Sequence record: NC_061445.1 | Strand: one strand, 5' to 3' | DNA: 64,000 nt | In this document: piece by piece, positions 35,569 through 44,858 of the stretch | How positions within the stretch are numbered: the stretch's first letter is position 1 | How the letters are laid out: each line of letters opens with the position of its first letter | The notes under the pieces: generated by a model | Seen by the model: only the letters and a program-made list of their open reading frames with translations | The model's database searches: none | What the model was told of the DNA's origin: nothing | Made by a program: the position numbers and the translations under genes

Positions 35569-38268
35569 TCACATATAGCCCATAGTAATCATATTCAACA
35601 TCGGGTCGTCCATAAACACTGGAATCGAATCGAGAGAATGCGTATTACTCTGGCCACCAGATGGACCTTTAGCGCTAGGTCGTGACACAGCGCCACCTTT
35701 AGGTGTGTTAGCAGTCTGTGCTGGTGGTGCGGTAGGTACAGGCATAGCAGGAACTTCTGTTCGAGCAACATCCCCCTCAGTAACGAGAGGCTGTCTATCG
35801 ACAGGAGCTTCAGGCTGAATTACCGGCGCAATGCGATTGGTATCTTGTGTCATCTCTTTAGGAAGAACATCCGTAGACGGTTTCTTCGTAAATGTCTCCG
35901 CCATAACTTCTTTGCGAACCTGACGATCAAGTTCATCGGAGAATGGCGTTCGACTATCAGCGACACCAGAACCACCCGAAGCAGCAACAACGTCCTTAGA
36001 GGACTGACGAGCAGGAGAAGGTGATTGGTCTGTATTTACAGCTTTCTTCCTATCAGCTTCTGCCACTTTGAGCAACACGTCCTTCTCGTTCTGCGCTCGC
36101 GTTGCAACTGATTGCTGCGTTTGCGCTGAACTTGATTTGAAGTAACGGTCGGTCGTAGCGGCTTTATAGTCCTGAATGGTCTTAATCAGATCATCGTCGG
36201 ACATGCCGTTAACGTCTTTGCCTTGCAGTGCATTCGAGATAACGCTTGTACCAGCACCGTACTGAACTGCCGTACTATACAGCAACTCTTTAACACCAGC
36301 ACCACGCTTCGTCAGGTCAATGCCCACTTCATTCTGCATCTTCGCAGCAAGCGGCGCATAGTGCGTTCGCGTGATGTAGTCAGACTGCGCTTTGTCAAAG
36401 TCGGCACCCTGAGTAGCAGCAACGTCTTTATAGACGGAGTTGAACTGCGAGGTTCCCGGAGCAAGACCACCGAAGCGTTGCAAGAACGGTTTACCTTCAG
36501 GGCTGTTCAGGAAGTTCATCATGCTGCCGTTGTTCGTTGCAAGCTGGTGCTTACCGTAAGACACACCACCAGCATCACCCTGTCCACTAGACACAGTGCC
36601 AACACCACGGCCGCCTGACTCGAACTGCTCAGACACAGCACCAAGACCGCCCTCAGCAATTGCTTTGTTAGCGATATCGGTTACTTGCTTACTGTCATAA
36701 CGTTTAGCAGGTTGCGCTCGCATAGGACCGGCGTAAGTGCCGCCACCGCTACCCATCATGCCGCCCATCATACCCATGAAGCTGAAAGGCGCTGTAGTAG
36801 GTGCAGGGAACTTCGACTTGTCTGCGTTCTCAGCAGTCGTGTCGTTGTACTCGTCCATCTTCTCTTTGCGGTCTTTCTCGCCCTCAGCAAGCATCTTGTC
36901 TGATTCGTCGGTGATCTTGTCAGAGACATATTCACCGATAGAGCTACCGAAGTAATCTCCGAGAATGCCACCGATAGTTGCGCCTAACGCAGCACCAGCA
37001 GCAGTACCCGCTACAGGAACGACAGAACCAAGAACACCGCCAATCCAACCGCCAGCCACTGCACCGAGAGAGCCACCGGTAGCGCCACCAACGGCAGAGC
37101 CAGCAGCCTCTTTCTTAGCCTTAGCTTTCTCTGCATCAGTCATCTCCGTATCAGCGTCGATATGACTGATATTGTTTGCGTACTGCAAACCATTACCAAG
37201 CATTGAGCCTACGACAGGAATCTTCTTCGATGCTCCTGCAAGCAACACAGTCGCACCATCAACAGCGGCGTCCTGCATGATAGAAGGTACACGCGGTGCT
37301 TCGCCTGTAACTTTCTCTTTTGCTGCATCGTCTGCACGTTGTACGTCAGGCGTTTGAGTTACAGGCTGAGGTGCAGTGCTATCTGGAGACCCTGTGGAAG
37401 GAGTCTCAGGCATTCCAGCGCCAGCATTGTTAGCGTTGTCTTGCTCAAACTCCTCTTGTGATTTGTTCTTCAACCACAAGCCACCAGCAGTTGCAGCAGC
37501 TACTCCGGCAAGAGCTAACAGCGCACCAGCTTTACCTTTCAGTCGCGGGAATCGAGAGCGGGGAAGATTGCGCCCCGGGCCCCTGCGTTGTCCTGCACCC
37601 CTGCCGTATCTTCTGCCACGACGATTACGACCACCGGTACGGCGACGACGAGGATTGCGCTCATCAGGACCGAAATCAGGACCGCCATTATCATTCGAGT
37701 CATCTGGGCCTCCATCATCGTTAGCACCAGGAACTCCACCAGCTCCGGGTTGTTGTCCGTGTGGATCTGACTTAGCGCGGTTCTTCTCTTTGAACGCCTC
37801 TTTCTTTTCCCACTCAAGCCAGTCTTCGAGGGCTTTCTGCGTCTTCGTTGAGACTGCGTTACCATCTCGAATAGCTTTGACGATATCTTCACCCGACTTC
37901 TCACCTGCAATGAACAGGTCTTCGAGTGCCGATTCGACTTCACGTGGGTTAGGCTGCTGCGCTATCGATCGAGGTGCCGCAGGCGCAGTACCTTCATTGA
38001 CGTAGCGCACACGCTCACGCGCCGACTTCTCACGACGTTCTTTGGCTGCACGGTTCTTAGCACGAGAGCCAGGACCAACGTACACAACGTCGTCATCTTC
38101 CATCTGCGGATCGTAATCATCGCCTGCAAAATCGAAGCTCGGAGCATCGTTTGCTGCTTTACGTTTACGCTTGCCTTTAGGCATACCGGCAACGGAAGAC
38201 CCAACGTTATCCGCATGTTCGATCATTAGTTCGAGTGCGGACAACTCTCTTTCTTTGGGCTTAGCCAT
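35569..38268 (-). CDS. Tape-measure-like protein with a VgrG3-type muramidase-like domain (899 aa)
   Basis: Gly/Ala-rich hydrophobic repeats (GAAAGAALGATIGG) plus SEQFESGGRGVGTVSSGQGDAGGVSYGKHQL. Confidence 0.75.
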   Translation of the reverse strand: MAKPKERELSALELMIEHADNVGSSVAGMPKGKRKRKAANDAPSFDFAGDDYDPQMEDDDVVYVGPGSRAKNRAAKERREKSARERVRYVNEGTAPAAPRSIAQQPNPREVESALEDLFIAGEKSGEDIVKAIRDGNAVSTKTQKALEDWLEWEKKEAFKEKNRAKSDPHGQQPGAGGVPGANDDGGPDDSNDNGGPDFGPDERNPRRRRTGGRNRRGRRYGRGAGQRRGPGRNLPRSRFPRLKGKAGALLALAGVAAATAGGLWLKNKSQEEFEQDNANNAGAGMPETPSTGSPDSTAPQPVTQTPDVQRADDAAKEKVTGEAPRVPSIMQDAAVDGATVLLAGASKKIPVVGSMLGNGLQYANNISHIDADTEMTDAEKAKAKKEAAGSAVGGATGGSLGAVAGGWIGGVLGSVVPVAGTAAGAALGATIGGILGDYFGSSIGEYVSDKITDESDKMLAEGEKDRKEKMDEYNDTTAENADKSKFPAPTTAPFSFMGMMGGMMGSGGGTYAGPMRAQPAKRYDSKQVTDIANKAIAEGGLGAVSEQFESGGRGVGTVSSGQGDAGGVSYGKHQLATNNGSMMNFLNSPEGKPFLQRFGGLAPGTSQFNSVYKDVAATQGADFDKAQSDYITRTHYAPLAAKMQNEVGIDLTKRGAGVKELLYSTAVQYGAGTSVISNALQGKDVNGMSDDDLIKTIQDYKAATTDRYFKSSSAQTQQSVATRAQNEKDVLLKVAEADRKKAVNTDQSPSPARQSSKDVVAASGGSGVADSRTPFSDELDRQVRKEVMAETFTKKPSTDVLPKEMTQDTNRIAPVIQPEAPVDRQPLVTEGDVARTEVPAMPVPTAPPAQTANTPKGGAVSRPSAKGPSGGQSNTHSLDSIPVFMDDPMLNMITMGYM

Positions 38269-39113
38269 TATCCACCTCTACGGCCTCTCTGCGCTGCTAA
38301 CGCAAGTGCGCGTTGTTCCTCTGCTTTGTTCTTATCGTGAACGTAGGCACTATGCCAGTAAAGCAGTTTATTGATCGTTATATCGTCCGGAACATAGATG
38401 CCTTTAGCTGACGCAAGGTCGAGCGTCATATTCATCATGGACGTGTCAGAGAACACACGGAAGTAACCGAGAATATCAATCGGCGTTCTGTACGTGTACG
38501 TGCGGAAACAACGGTTGCACTTATGCGTTGTCTCAAGCTCACAGCTAACGAACACGTAGTTACCTGCTTCGATTAACTCAACAGGGTCAGTGTATTCTAA
38601 GGTTTGTTCGAGAGGCACATCGCTATCAATGTACATCGCGTTCATAACTTGCGTTCTGTTATGAGTCTCTGCAAGGAGTTCTGCTTCAACCCAACGCTGA
38701 ACAGTAGGATGACGCAAGCCTTTAGGAAGCTCGCGCCACTTATGAGTCAGAATCTTCTGGCGCATTACCTCTTCGGTGTTGAGCATGTTGCAATCAACTT
38801 CGAGGAACTTGCGACCATGAGGCCTGTCGTAATACCGTTCACCGCGCATATCAACGAAGAACGGTTGTGTGCATCGCCACTCATACAGACGATGCGACTG
38901 CGGCCAACTATTCCTGTCGAACATTGCCAGCATGTAACGGAAGTCTTCGAGGTACATCTCTCTGATCTTCACGTTCGTAAAACGCTGCAACGTATCAACA
39001 AAGAGTTCAGGCAGTTTGTGCTTCTGGGCGTTGAACAGACTAGACATTGCGTTTGCAGTTATCTGGTCGATACGCACATCAGTCCTGCCTGACGGTACAT
39101 AGATCTCTAACAT
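38268..39113 (-). CDS. Baseplate-hub assembly chaperone, gp26/gp51-like, with a CxxC motif (281 aa)
   Basis: YVPSGR N-terminus and HKCNRC; paralog of the next gene. Confidence 0.6.
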   Translation of the reverse strand: MLEIYVPSGRTDVRIDQITANAMSSLFNAQKHKLPELFVDTLQRFTNVKIREMYLEDFRYMLAMFDRNSWPQSHRLYEWRCTQPFFVDMRGERYYDRPHGRKFLEVDCNMLNTEEVMRQKILTHKWRELPKGLRHPTVQRWVEAELLAETHNRTQVMNAMYIDSDVPLEQTLEYTDPVELIEAGNYVFVSCELETTHKCNRCFRTYTYRTPIDILGYFRVFSDTSMMNMTLDLASAKGIYVPDDITINKLLYWHSAYVHDKNKAEEQRALALAAQRGRRGG

Positions 39114-39796
39114 CAGTTAACAAACACCGAAGGGTTCAGGTCCCATGTGCGTGTGCTCTTACGTCCACAGTGAGGGCACGGCAGTTCGATATCTGTCAGC
39201 AGACCGTGACGAGAAGCTCTTACCCATTCAGAGAGTTCAAGCCACAGCGTCAGGTCTTGTTGTTCTTCAAGACGTGCGACACTGGCATCGAAGTTAGGTC
39301 CCATGTGCGCTACGTGCCACCCGAACATATCCTCAGAAGCGCGTTCATAGTGACGCATACGAGGCAGGTCGAAGTGCTCATGTTCTGCGTTAAGCATCGC
39401 TACGGTCATTGATGTTTCATCGACAACACCCACGTTGTTTGCAGCGCACGGGAACGTATTGATAGCAGCACCTTCAAGGCGCAACTCATTAACGATACCG
39501 TCGGAATATTCAAACAGCGGTTTATTGCAGCGCCAGTAAGTACGCAACGGCATCACTGAGTTCATCCACATACGCTGTTGGAAGACAAGCGCAAAAGCGT
39601 CAGGGATAGTCATCTCTTCCAGCTTAACGTTCAGGCAAGGTGCGAGAGCGTCTAACAGGATGTACTTCATATCCTTCGAGTCGATAGCCTTTGCAATAGC
39701 TCGGTTCTCTTTGCCACCGAAGCGGCGCATCTCGAATACTTCTGGCAGTTGCGCTTTATAACCACGCGACGGTAAACTCGCTGTTTGAATTTCCAT
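39113..39796 (-). CDS. Baseplate-hub assembly chaperone, T4 gp26-like (227 aa)
   Basis: LPSRGY N-terminus; ELPCPHCG C-terminus. Confidence 0.7.
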   Translation of the reverse strand: MEIQTASLPSRGYKAQLPEVFEMRRFGGKENRAIAKAIDSKDMKYILLDALAPCLNVKLEEMTIPDAFALVFQQRMWMNSVMPLRTYWRCNKPLFEYSDGIVNELRLEGAAINTFPCAANNVGVVDETSMTVAMLNAEHEHFDLPRMRHYERASEDMFGWHVAHMGPNFDASVARLEEQQDLTLWLELSEWVRASRHGLLTDIELPCPHCGRKSTRTWDLNPSVFVN

Positions 39797-39806
39797 TGTT
39801 CTTATC

Positions 39807-40319
39807 TCACATCATAGGACGGGAAACATCGAGAGCCATTTGAACAGACCACATTGCTCGGCCACCGGTACCGTTAAGCGTAATGCTTTGACCGCCGATT
39901 GGCCAGCAGTTGCGGAGCTGTTGTTCGCCAACCATTTGCCCTTGGTTGTCGTATAGCTCAATGATAATGTTTTTCTTGTACGCAGACGGCAATCTAAAAC
40001 CGCCAGTGTACGGGTTCTGAATCAAGTTCTGCCACGCAGTCATATACTTCATGACTGCGAGCTTCTGGTCAAGACCAAACAGTAAGCTGAAACCATCAAC
40101 GCTCGAACCATGCGGCCAGTTGATTTGCACAGTGGCCACTTCTTTGGACTTTTGTTGATAGACAGAGAACGGCAGGTCTACCTCTTCACAGGCGAATGGG
40201 CTTAACGTGTAATTACCAATTACAGGAAACTCACGTACACGCCACTTGTCTTGCATGAAGGGATCGTCAAGGCCAGGTGCAGATGAATCATTCAGGTCGT
40301 CAAGCGTCGGCAGTGGCAT
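39807..40319 (-). CDS. Tail-tube-like paralog (170 aa)
   Basis: WQNLIQNP.TG...P..YKKNI.IELYD..G......L..CWP, typical of gp19-like tubes. Confidence 0.7.
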   Translation of the reverse strand: MPLPTLDDLNDSSAPGLDDPFMQDKWRVREFPVIGNYTLSPFACEEVDLPFSVYQQKSKEVATVQINWPHGSSVDGFSLLFGLDQKLAVMKYMTAWQNLIQNPYTGGFRLPSAYKKNIIIELYDNQGQMVGEQQLRNCWPIGGQSITLNGTGGRAMWSVQMALDVSRPMM

Positions 40320-40321
40320 GA

Positions 40322-40996
40322 TTAGTCCTCTACAATAATAAGCACAGGTCTAACTGCATCATCGAACTTGAGGAACGTAGCGCCAACCAAATAGCCGCCA
40401 TTCTCTACCTGTTTGACAACAGCTTTCTCCAGCTCTGTCTCCCACTTGTCACGCTGGTTGGCTTTATAGCCTTCAAACGTTTCAGTCGCGTCATAGTAGT
40501 TATAGGTTCCACCAGTCGGCATAGGGATACGTGCGAGGAACTGCAATCGACCAGCGTTCTTAAACTTAGTCTTGTGCAGTGCTTGAGTCAGCTTAGTGTC
40601 TTCGGCTTTAGAGCCAGGGACAGCTTTGAAGATCTTCTTCGGTTGTGGTTCTTTCGGTGCGGCAGGAAGTTTCTCACGCGCTGGCGTATTCTTATCAGTC
40701 GCTTTCTTCACGCGTATGCCTGACACAGTGCCAGTAAACGGACGACTACGCCCGAGCAGCGAACGTGCAGTAGCAGCATCGACTTCAAACACTACTGACG
40801 GATCATCCTTATGCAGCACATAGAACTTATTGCGCTTCGCAGCCTTGATACCGAACACATCTTTTTCTTCGATATCGGCTTCGTGCTCTTTGTTCTCAAT
40901 GCTAACTCTGCGCTTACCTTCGAAGCGATACCAGTCGCAATCTTGAATCGCAATGTCTGGTAGTTTACGTGCGCTTTCGCTCAGTAGAATAAGCAT
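40322..40996 (-). CDS. Hypothetical, probably internal-head protein with an SH3-like paralogous domain (224 aa)
   Basis: N-terminal LLSES, then DWYRFEG...DVFGI...FYVL...VVFEV. Confidence 0.7.
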   Translation of the reverse strand: MLILLSESARKLPDIAIQDCDWYRFEGKRRVSIENKEHEADIEEKDVFGIKAAKRNKFYVLHKDDPSVVFEVDAATARSLLGRSRPFTGTVSGIRVKKATDKNTPAREKLPAAPKEPQPKKIFKAVPGSKAEDTKLTQALHKTKFKNAGRLQFLARIPMPTGGTYNYYDATETFEGYKANQRDKWETELEKAVVKQVENGGYLVGATFLKFDDAVRPVLIIVED

Positions 40997-41011
40997 AGTG
41001 TCTCCAAAACG

Positions 41012-41040
41012 AAAAAGGGCCAGAACGAATCTTGGCCCTT
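41012..41040 (-). terminator. Rho-independent terminator
   Basis: GGGCCA...TGGCCC-TTTTT after the tail tube gene. Confidence 0.8.
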
Positions 41041-41047
41041 GTGTTTC

Positions 41048-41560
41048 TTACGATGCGAGTTCGGCGTAGTCGAAGGACCATTCGATTGATACCGGAACAG
41101 CCTGCGCAGCACCGGAGAACTGCAAGTCAGGAACCTGCTTAGGCCACACACCGTAGATGTTGTACTCTGCTACTACTGAACCGTCCATATCGAAGATACG
41201 GAAGATTGCTTTGGTCGCGTAGTCAGCTTTACGTGCGCCCAGCTGGGTTTGAGTAGCACGAACGAACTGGTGCCATTCTTCCAACTGTTTGTACACAGCC
41301 ATTTCAGAGTTTTCGTTATACTCGGTTGAGAGCGCGTGAGAGAAGATCTTACGACCAGCGTAGTTGAGCTGGTGGCCGAACGCTTCTTTCAGCACTTCTT
41401 CCAGAGTAGAGCCTGGCTTAACACCAGTCTTACAGAACAGGCGCAGAGTACGCGCATAGTCTGTACCGCCAACAGGCGGGTTAGGGATCAGGAACTCGAA
41501 GTTGTCATCGAGTAACGGATCTTTCGTAGACGAAAATTCGTCAAGAGTTACCTTAGGCAT
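41048..41560 (-). CDS. Tail tube protein (gp19-like, 170 aa)
   Basis: Follows the sheath gene; Y..L.EW...Y...A....D.DG......IYGVWP..V..L.F pattern. Confidence 0.88.
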   Translation of the reverse strand: MPKVTLDEFSSTKDPLLDDNFEFLIPNPPVGGTDYARTLRLFCKTGVKPGSTLEEVLKEAFGHQLNYAGRKIFSHALSTEYNENSEMAVYKQLEEWHQFVRATQTQLGARKADYATKAIFRIFDMDGSVVAEYNIYGVWPKQVPDLQFSGAAQAVPVSIEWSFDYAELAS

Positions 41561-41570
41561 CTAAAGCTCC

Positions 41571-43256
41571 TTAGAGTGCGCCAGACTGAATGAGTTGCAG
41601 CGCGTACTGGATATCGCCAACAGGCGGCACGATAGCAGTTACGTGAATGCGTTTGGTGTAGCGAGTAGGGTCAAGGAACACGTCGATGATCAGATCGCCA
41701 CGCGCTTCGTCTTCTGCGGTGTTGTTTGAATAGTTACAAACAACTTCATACCAGCGTAAACCACGACCGGTCTTAATCGGTTCGAGGATTGCTTCCATCG
41801 CAGACTTCTGGCGCTGTTTCAGAATGTCGTCGTTCGGTTCGAAGACAGCACTCAGGTTGTTAGCGCGAGCAGAAGCGTGAAGCATTGCCAGCAGACGACG
41901 AATGCCGATATCCTGCAGCGGAGACTTCGTTGTGTAAGTGGTATCAGCACCCCACATGAAGATACCTTCGCCTTCGAAGATCGCAATCGGGTTAATCTGG
42001 TTGTCTACCAGAATGTCGCGGTCGCCTTGTTTGAAGCGATAGCGCACATCAGTAGCGAAGTCCAGCTTACCACGATTCATACCGCCAGGTGCCAACCACG
42101 ATGCTACTTGGTCAGCAGTCAACATGCAGTACGCCATGCACACAGACGCAGGGACATAGAAGTCACGCGCGTTGTCGTTATCACGGGTCTTAACGTCAGC
42201 GTTCGAAAGCGCAGACCAAGAACCGATGATAGAGAACTCTGCTTGCTGGTACGGCTTGTTGCCACGACGATACGCCACAGCGCTATCACGCGCTTGCAGA
42301 CTGACAGGCACACCGTGAGTAGCGATACAGTCCATGCGGCTTTCGGCCAGCGTATCAATCTTGTTCGCAATCACAGGATGCTCAAGGCCACCGGAACACA
42401 GAATGCCAGCCTGAACATCTTCCCAGTCACGATAGTTATCCCACGCGCTAAGAACAGCAGACAGACTCTGGTTAGCGATAGTCGCATCAGAGTGGTCAAC
42501 GTCAATCACAGCACCGTCGCTACCACCAGTGAACTGACCGTTAGGAGCAGTCGGGTTCGTTGGGTCAGCAGGGCCACCGCCGATGGAGTTAATGACCACA
42601 TAGTTCGGGTCTTCCAGCAGCTTGTAGTGGTTCGCATTCAGCTTAACGCGAATGTACTTCGAGTTAACGTTGATAACGTCTTCAATGAAGAACTGATTGC
42701 CCGCTTCGTCTTTGTAGTAGCGCGTTGTAACAGTGTGCGTTTCCAGCGGCGTGAGATAGCCGACTTGGTACACTTTGATCAGGGACTTATAGCCCAGAGG
42801 ATCTGTTACGTCAGGCTCGAACGTGATGTACAGGTTGTTCGCCGCTGCGTACTGAGACAGAGAGTAGATCAGGCAGATATCGCGATCAGAGAAAGCGACT
42901 TGCTCTGGGTCTGTCAAGCCCGCATTGCCAACAGGACGGCAGGTAGCGAAGTTGTTATAAGTTGTGATAAACACACCTGCGAATTTCACAGAGAGAGCGA
43001 CACGCGTGATGTTCAGCTTGGTTGCTTTCGTCATCAAAATCTTTGCGATCTGGACGTTGTTAGCATAAGGACCCGTTGCTGGACCAAAAAGCGCGTCAAT
43101 CTCATCTTTAGAGGTAACAGTTGTGTTAACACCTACAGGTCCGCGAGGCATCGGCATAACCAGAGTACACATGCCAAACTGCACAAGTGACGCTTGGTTG
43201 CTGCGGTCATTCTCCTGCGAATAGACCCCCGGAGAGGGGTGATTAGGTTGTAACAT
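41571..43256 (-). CDS. Tail sheath protein (561 aa)
   Basis: HPSPGVYSQE N-terminus; WLAPGG.NRG, QINPI..F.GEG..MWG..T, IRRL and IDVFLDP motifs. Confidence 0.95.
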   Translation of the reverse strand: MLQPNHPSPGVYSQENDRSNQASLVQFGMCTLVMPMPRGPVGVNTTVTSKDEIDALFGPATGPYANNVQIAKILMTKATKLNITRVALSVKFAGVFITTYNNFATCRPVGNAGLTDPEQVAFSDRDICLIYSLSQYAAANNLYITFEPDVTDPLGYKSLIKVYQVGYLTPLETHTVTTRYYKDEAGNQFFIEDVINVNSKYIRVKLNANHYKLLEDPNYVVINSIGGGPADPTNPTAPNGQFTGGSDGAVIDVDHSDATIANQSLSAVLSAWDNYRDWEDVQAGILCSGGLEHPVIANKIDTLAESRMDCIATHGVPVSLQARDSAVAYRRGNKPYQQAEFSIIGSWSALSNADVKTRDNDNARDFYVPASVCMAYCMLTADQVASWLAPGGMNRGKLDFATDVRYRFKQGDRDILVDNQINPIAIFEGEGIFMWGADTTYTTKSPLQDIGIRRLLAMLHASARANNLSAVFEPNDDILKQRQKSAMEAILEPIKTGRGLRWYEVVCNYSNNTAEDEARGDLIIDVFLDPTRYTKRIHVTAIVPPVGDIQYALQLIQSGAL

Positions 43257-43298
43257 CGTGAATCTCCATAAGAATGGGCATCGTGTAACGACTGTATG

Positions 43299-43306
43299 AA
43301 ATTAGC
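43299..43306 (-). promoter_or_regulatory. Putative late-promoter motif GCTAATTT
   Basis: About 43 nt upstream of the sheath start. Confidence 0.5.
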
Positions 43307-43312
43307 GAGAAC

Positions 43313-43657
43313 TCAATAGCAAACCAGATTAACTCGCTGATCCACGTCACTTACCAGAACTGATTGTGCCATTTGTCCAGTAAAGACGAACTGCCCTTCA
43401 ATGACCATCTGGCCACCAGCGAACTGGAGAATGATAGGCTCTGCTGTATCAATGTACAGCAGCCCTTTAATCTCAGGCACTTGATAGCCTTTAGGTCCTA
43501 CGACGATAGATTGCTGTTGAATCATACCATCCAGCGGAATACCAACGGCGGAGGATTGACGCGAGAGCACAGCATTCTGCCTGTCGCTTACTGAACGCAC
43601 ACGCGTATCAATGACTAACGTGCGGTCAAGTTTGCGGTACTTCTGACGAGTGTACAT
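43313..43657 (-). CDS. Hypothetical virion protein (114 aa)
   Basis: ORF coupled by TAATG. Confidence 0.65.
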   Translation of the reverse strand: MYTRQKYRKLDRTLVIDTRVRSVSDRQNAVLSRQSSAVGIPLDGMIQQQSIVVGPKGYQVPEIKGLLYIDTAEPIILQFAGGQMVIEGQFVFTGQMAQSVLVSDVDQRVNLVCY

Positions 43658-44346
43658 TAATCTTCTTCCTCCTCATCGTCTGGCTCTACAGCAGCGGCTT
43701 TGGGCAAGTCCATGTCGATCTCAATGTCTTCGGTGATTTCACCGTAGTTGTTGATCTTAGCTTGCTCCAGATTGAAACCAATCTTGGTCTTAATCGTGAT
43801 TGGAATCTCAAGCTCAAAGCTGCCGGGCGTACTACCGTCATCGAGGTCTTCGATATTAGGCAGCGGGATACTATCACCTTCAACCTGAACACGCACAGTC
43901 CATTCAGCAGTAGGCATGATGATTTTAAAACTAAGCAGCTCAGAGATTGAGGCAATCAGCAACTGTTGGGAGAACAGAAGCGCTTGGTCAACGTTCATGA
44001 ACTTAACGAACAACGTACCAGAAAGCGTTACAGGGAAGTAATAGTTCGTCACGACAATAGCGTTCGTGTCGTGCTCACCAATAGCCCAGCCGCTGCCGTG
44101 ACGCGATACGTTCTTAGGGTTACCGAGAAGCTCACGGTCGAATGCCATTGTAGGCAGTTTGAACCAACCGTACGGATAGTCAGTGCTGTAGTTGTTCGTA
44201 GCACGAATACCCTGCTTCGGGTTGTTATGCACAGACCAGACGAAACGCTTTAAGTTAAAGCCCTGTCTGAATTGTCGCTGGAAGCCAAAGATGGTTGCTT
44301 TCAACGACGTGCTATTCTTGAGCATACCAGCAAGGTTTGCACTCAT
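43657..44346 (-). CDS. Neck/tail-terminator-like protein (~229 aa)
   Basis: The track start is 44424; the start was moved to MSANL (GGAG RBS, downstream of a terminator). Position lies between the capsid and sheath genes; YFPVTL motif. Confidence 0.55.
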   Translation of the reverse strand: MSANLAGMLKNSTSLKATIFGFQRQFRQGFNLKRFVWSVHNNPKQGIRATNNYSTDYPYGWFKLPTMAFDRELLGNPKNVSRHGSGWAIGEHDTNAIVVTNYYFPVTLSGTLFVKFMNVDQALLFSQQLLIASISELLSFKIIMPTAEWTVRVQVEGDSIPLPNIEDLDDGSTPGSFELEIPITIKTKIGFNLEQAKINNYGEITEDIEIDMDLPKAAAVEPDDEEEED

Positions 44347-44365
44347 TTTAGGTGCTCCAGATACG

Positions 44366-44394
44366 AAAAAGGGCAGCCTATTGGCCACCCTTTT
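44366..44394 (-). terminator. Rho-independent terminator
   Basis: GGGTGGCC-AATA-GGCTGCCC-TTTTT. Confidence 0.8.
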
Positions 44395-44413
44395 GGTTAC
44401 CCGTAATCGGGTG

Positions 44414-44806
44414 TTAGTCGTCAAGTCGTAAGCGAATCAATGTTGAAGGGGCAGAGGATTCAGAATCAACTTCGTCCTCTTGCTCGTCTTCTAATTCGTC
44501 TTCAACTTCATCATCAGAGTTCAGGCTGATAACTTCGTCGTCGTGTAACGGCTCGGCTACTTCTTCCTCGGCGTTAAGCTCTAAAGCAGCAGACAGCGCG
44601 GCAACGGATTCGCCCATCCCAGAAGCGTTACTCACCGAGTTAACAAGGCACGAAGCCTCGAAGTTATCAGCGAGTTCGCATTCGAGGAAGTCCTCAGTGT
44701 CTGGTGCTACAGAAGCCTGCGCAAGCAAGCGAGCAGCATCAACCCACTGTCCTTCACGCGCTGCGATGATTGCCAGTGCAGCTAAGGAACCAGTCAAAGT
44801 CTTCAT
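44414..44806 (-). CDS. Small acidic head-associated protein (130 aa)
   Basis: GAGG RBS; acidic C-terminus with S-x-S motifs. Confidence 0.7.
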   Translation of the reverse strand: MKTLTGSLAALAIIAAREGQWVDAARLLAQASVAPDTEDFLECELADNFEASCLVNSVSNASGMGESVAALSAALELNAEEEVAEPLHDDEVISLNSDDEVEDELEDEQEDEVDSESSAPSTLIRLRLDD

Positions 44807-44823
44807 GTTTGGTCCTCAGTTAA

Positions 44824-44846
44824 GAGGGCAACATTACGCTGCCCTC
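44824..44846 (-). terminator. Stem-loop after the capsid gene (terminator or mRNA stabiliser)
   Basis: GAGGGCAGC-GTAAT-GTTGCCCTC; short U tail. Confidence 0.55.
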
Positions 44847-44858
44847 AATGCACGACAA

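Noticed and set aside
38268-40319. Programmed frameshift in tail-assembly chaperones (lambda G/GT-type)
   Set aside because: The genes abut with clean TAATG-type junctions, and no slippery heptamer was seen at their ends.
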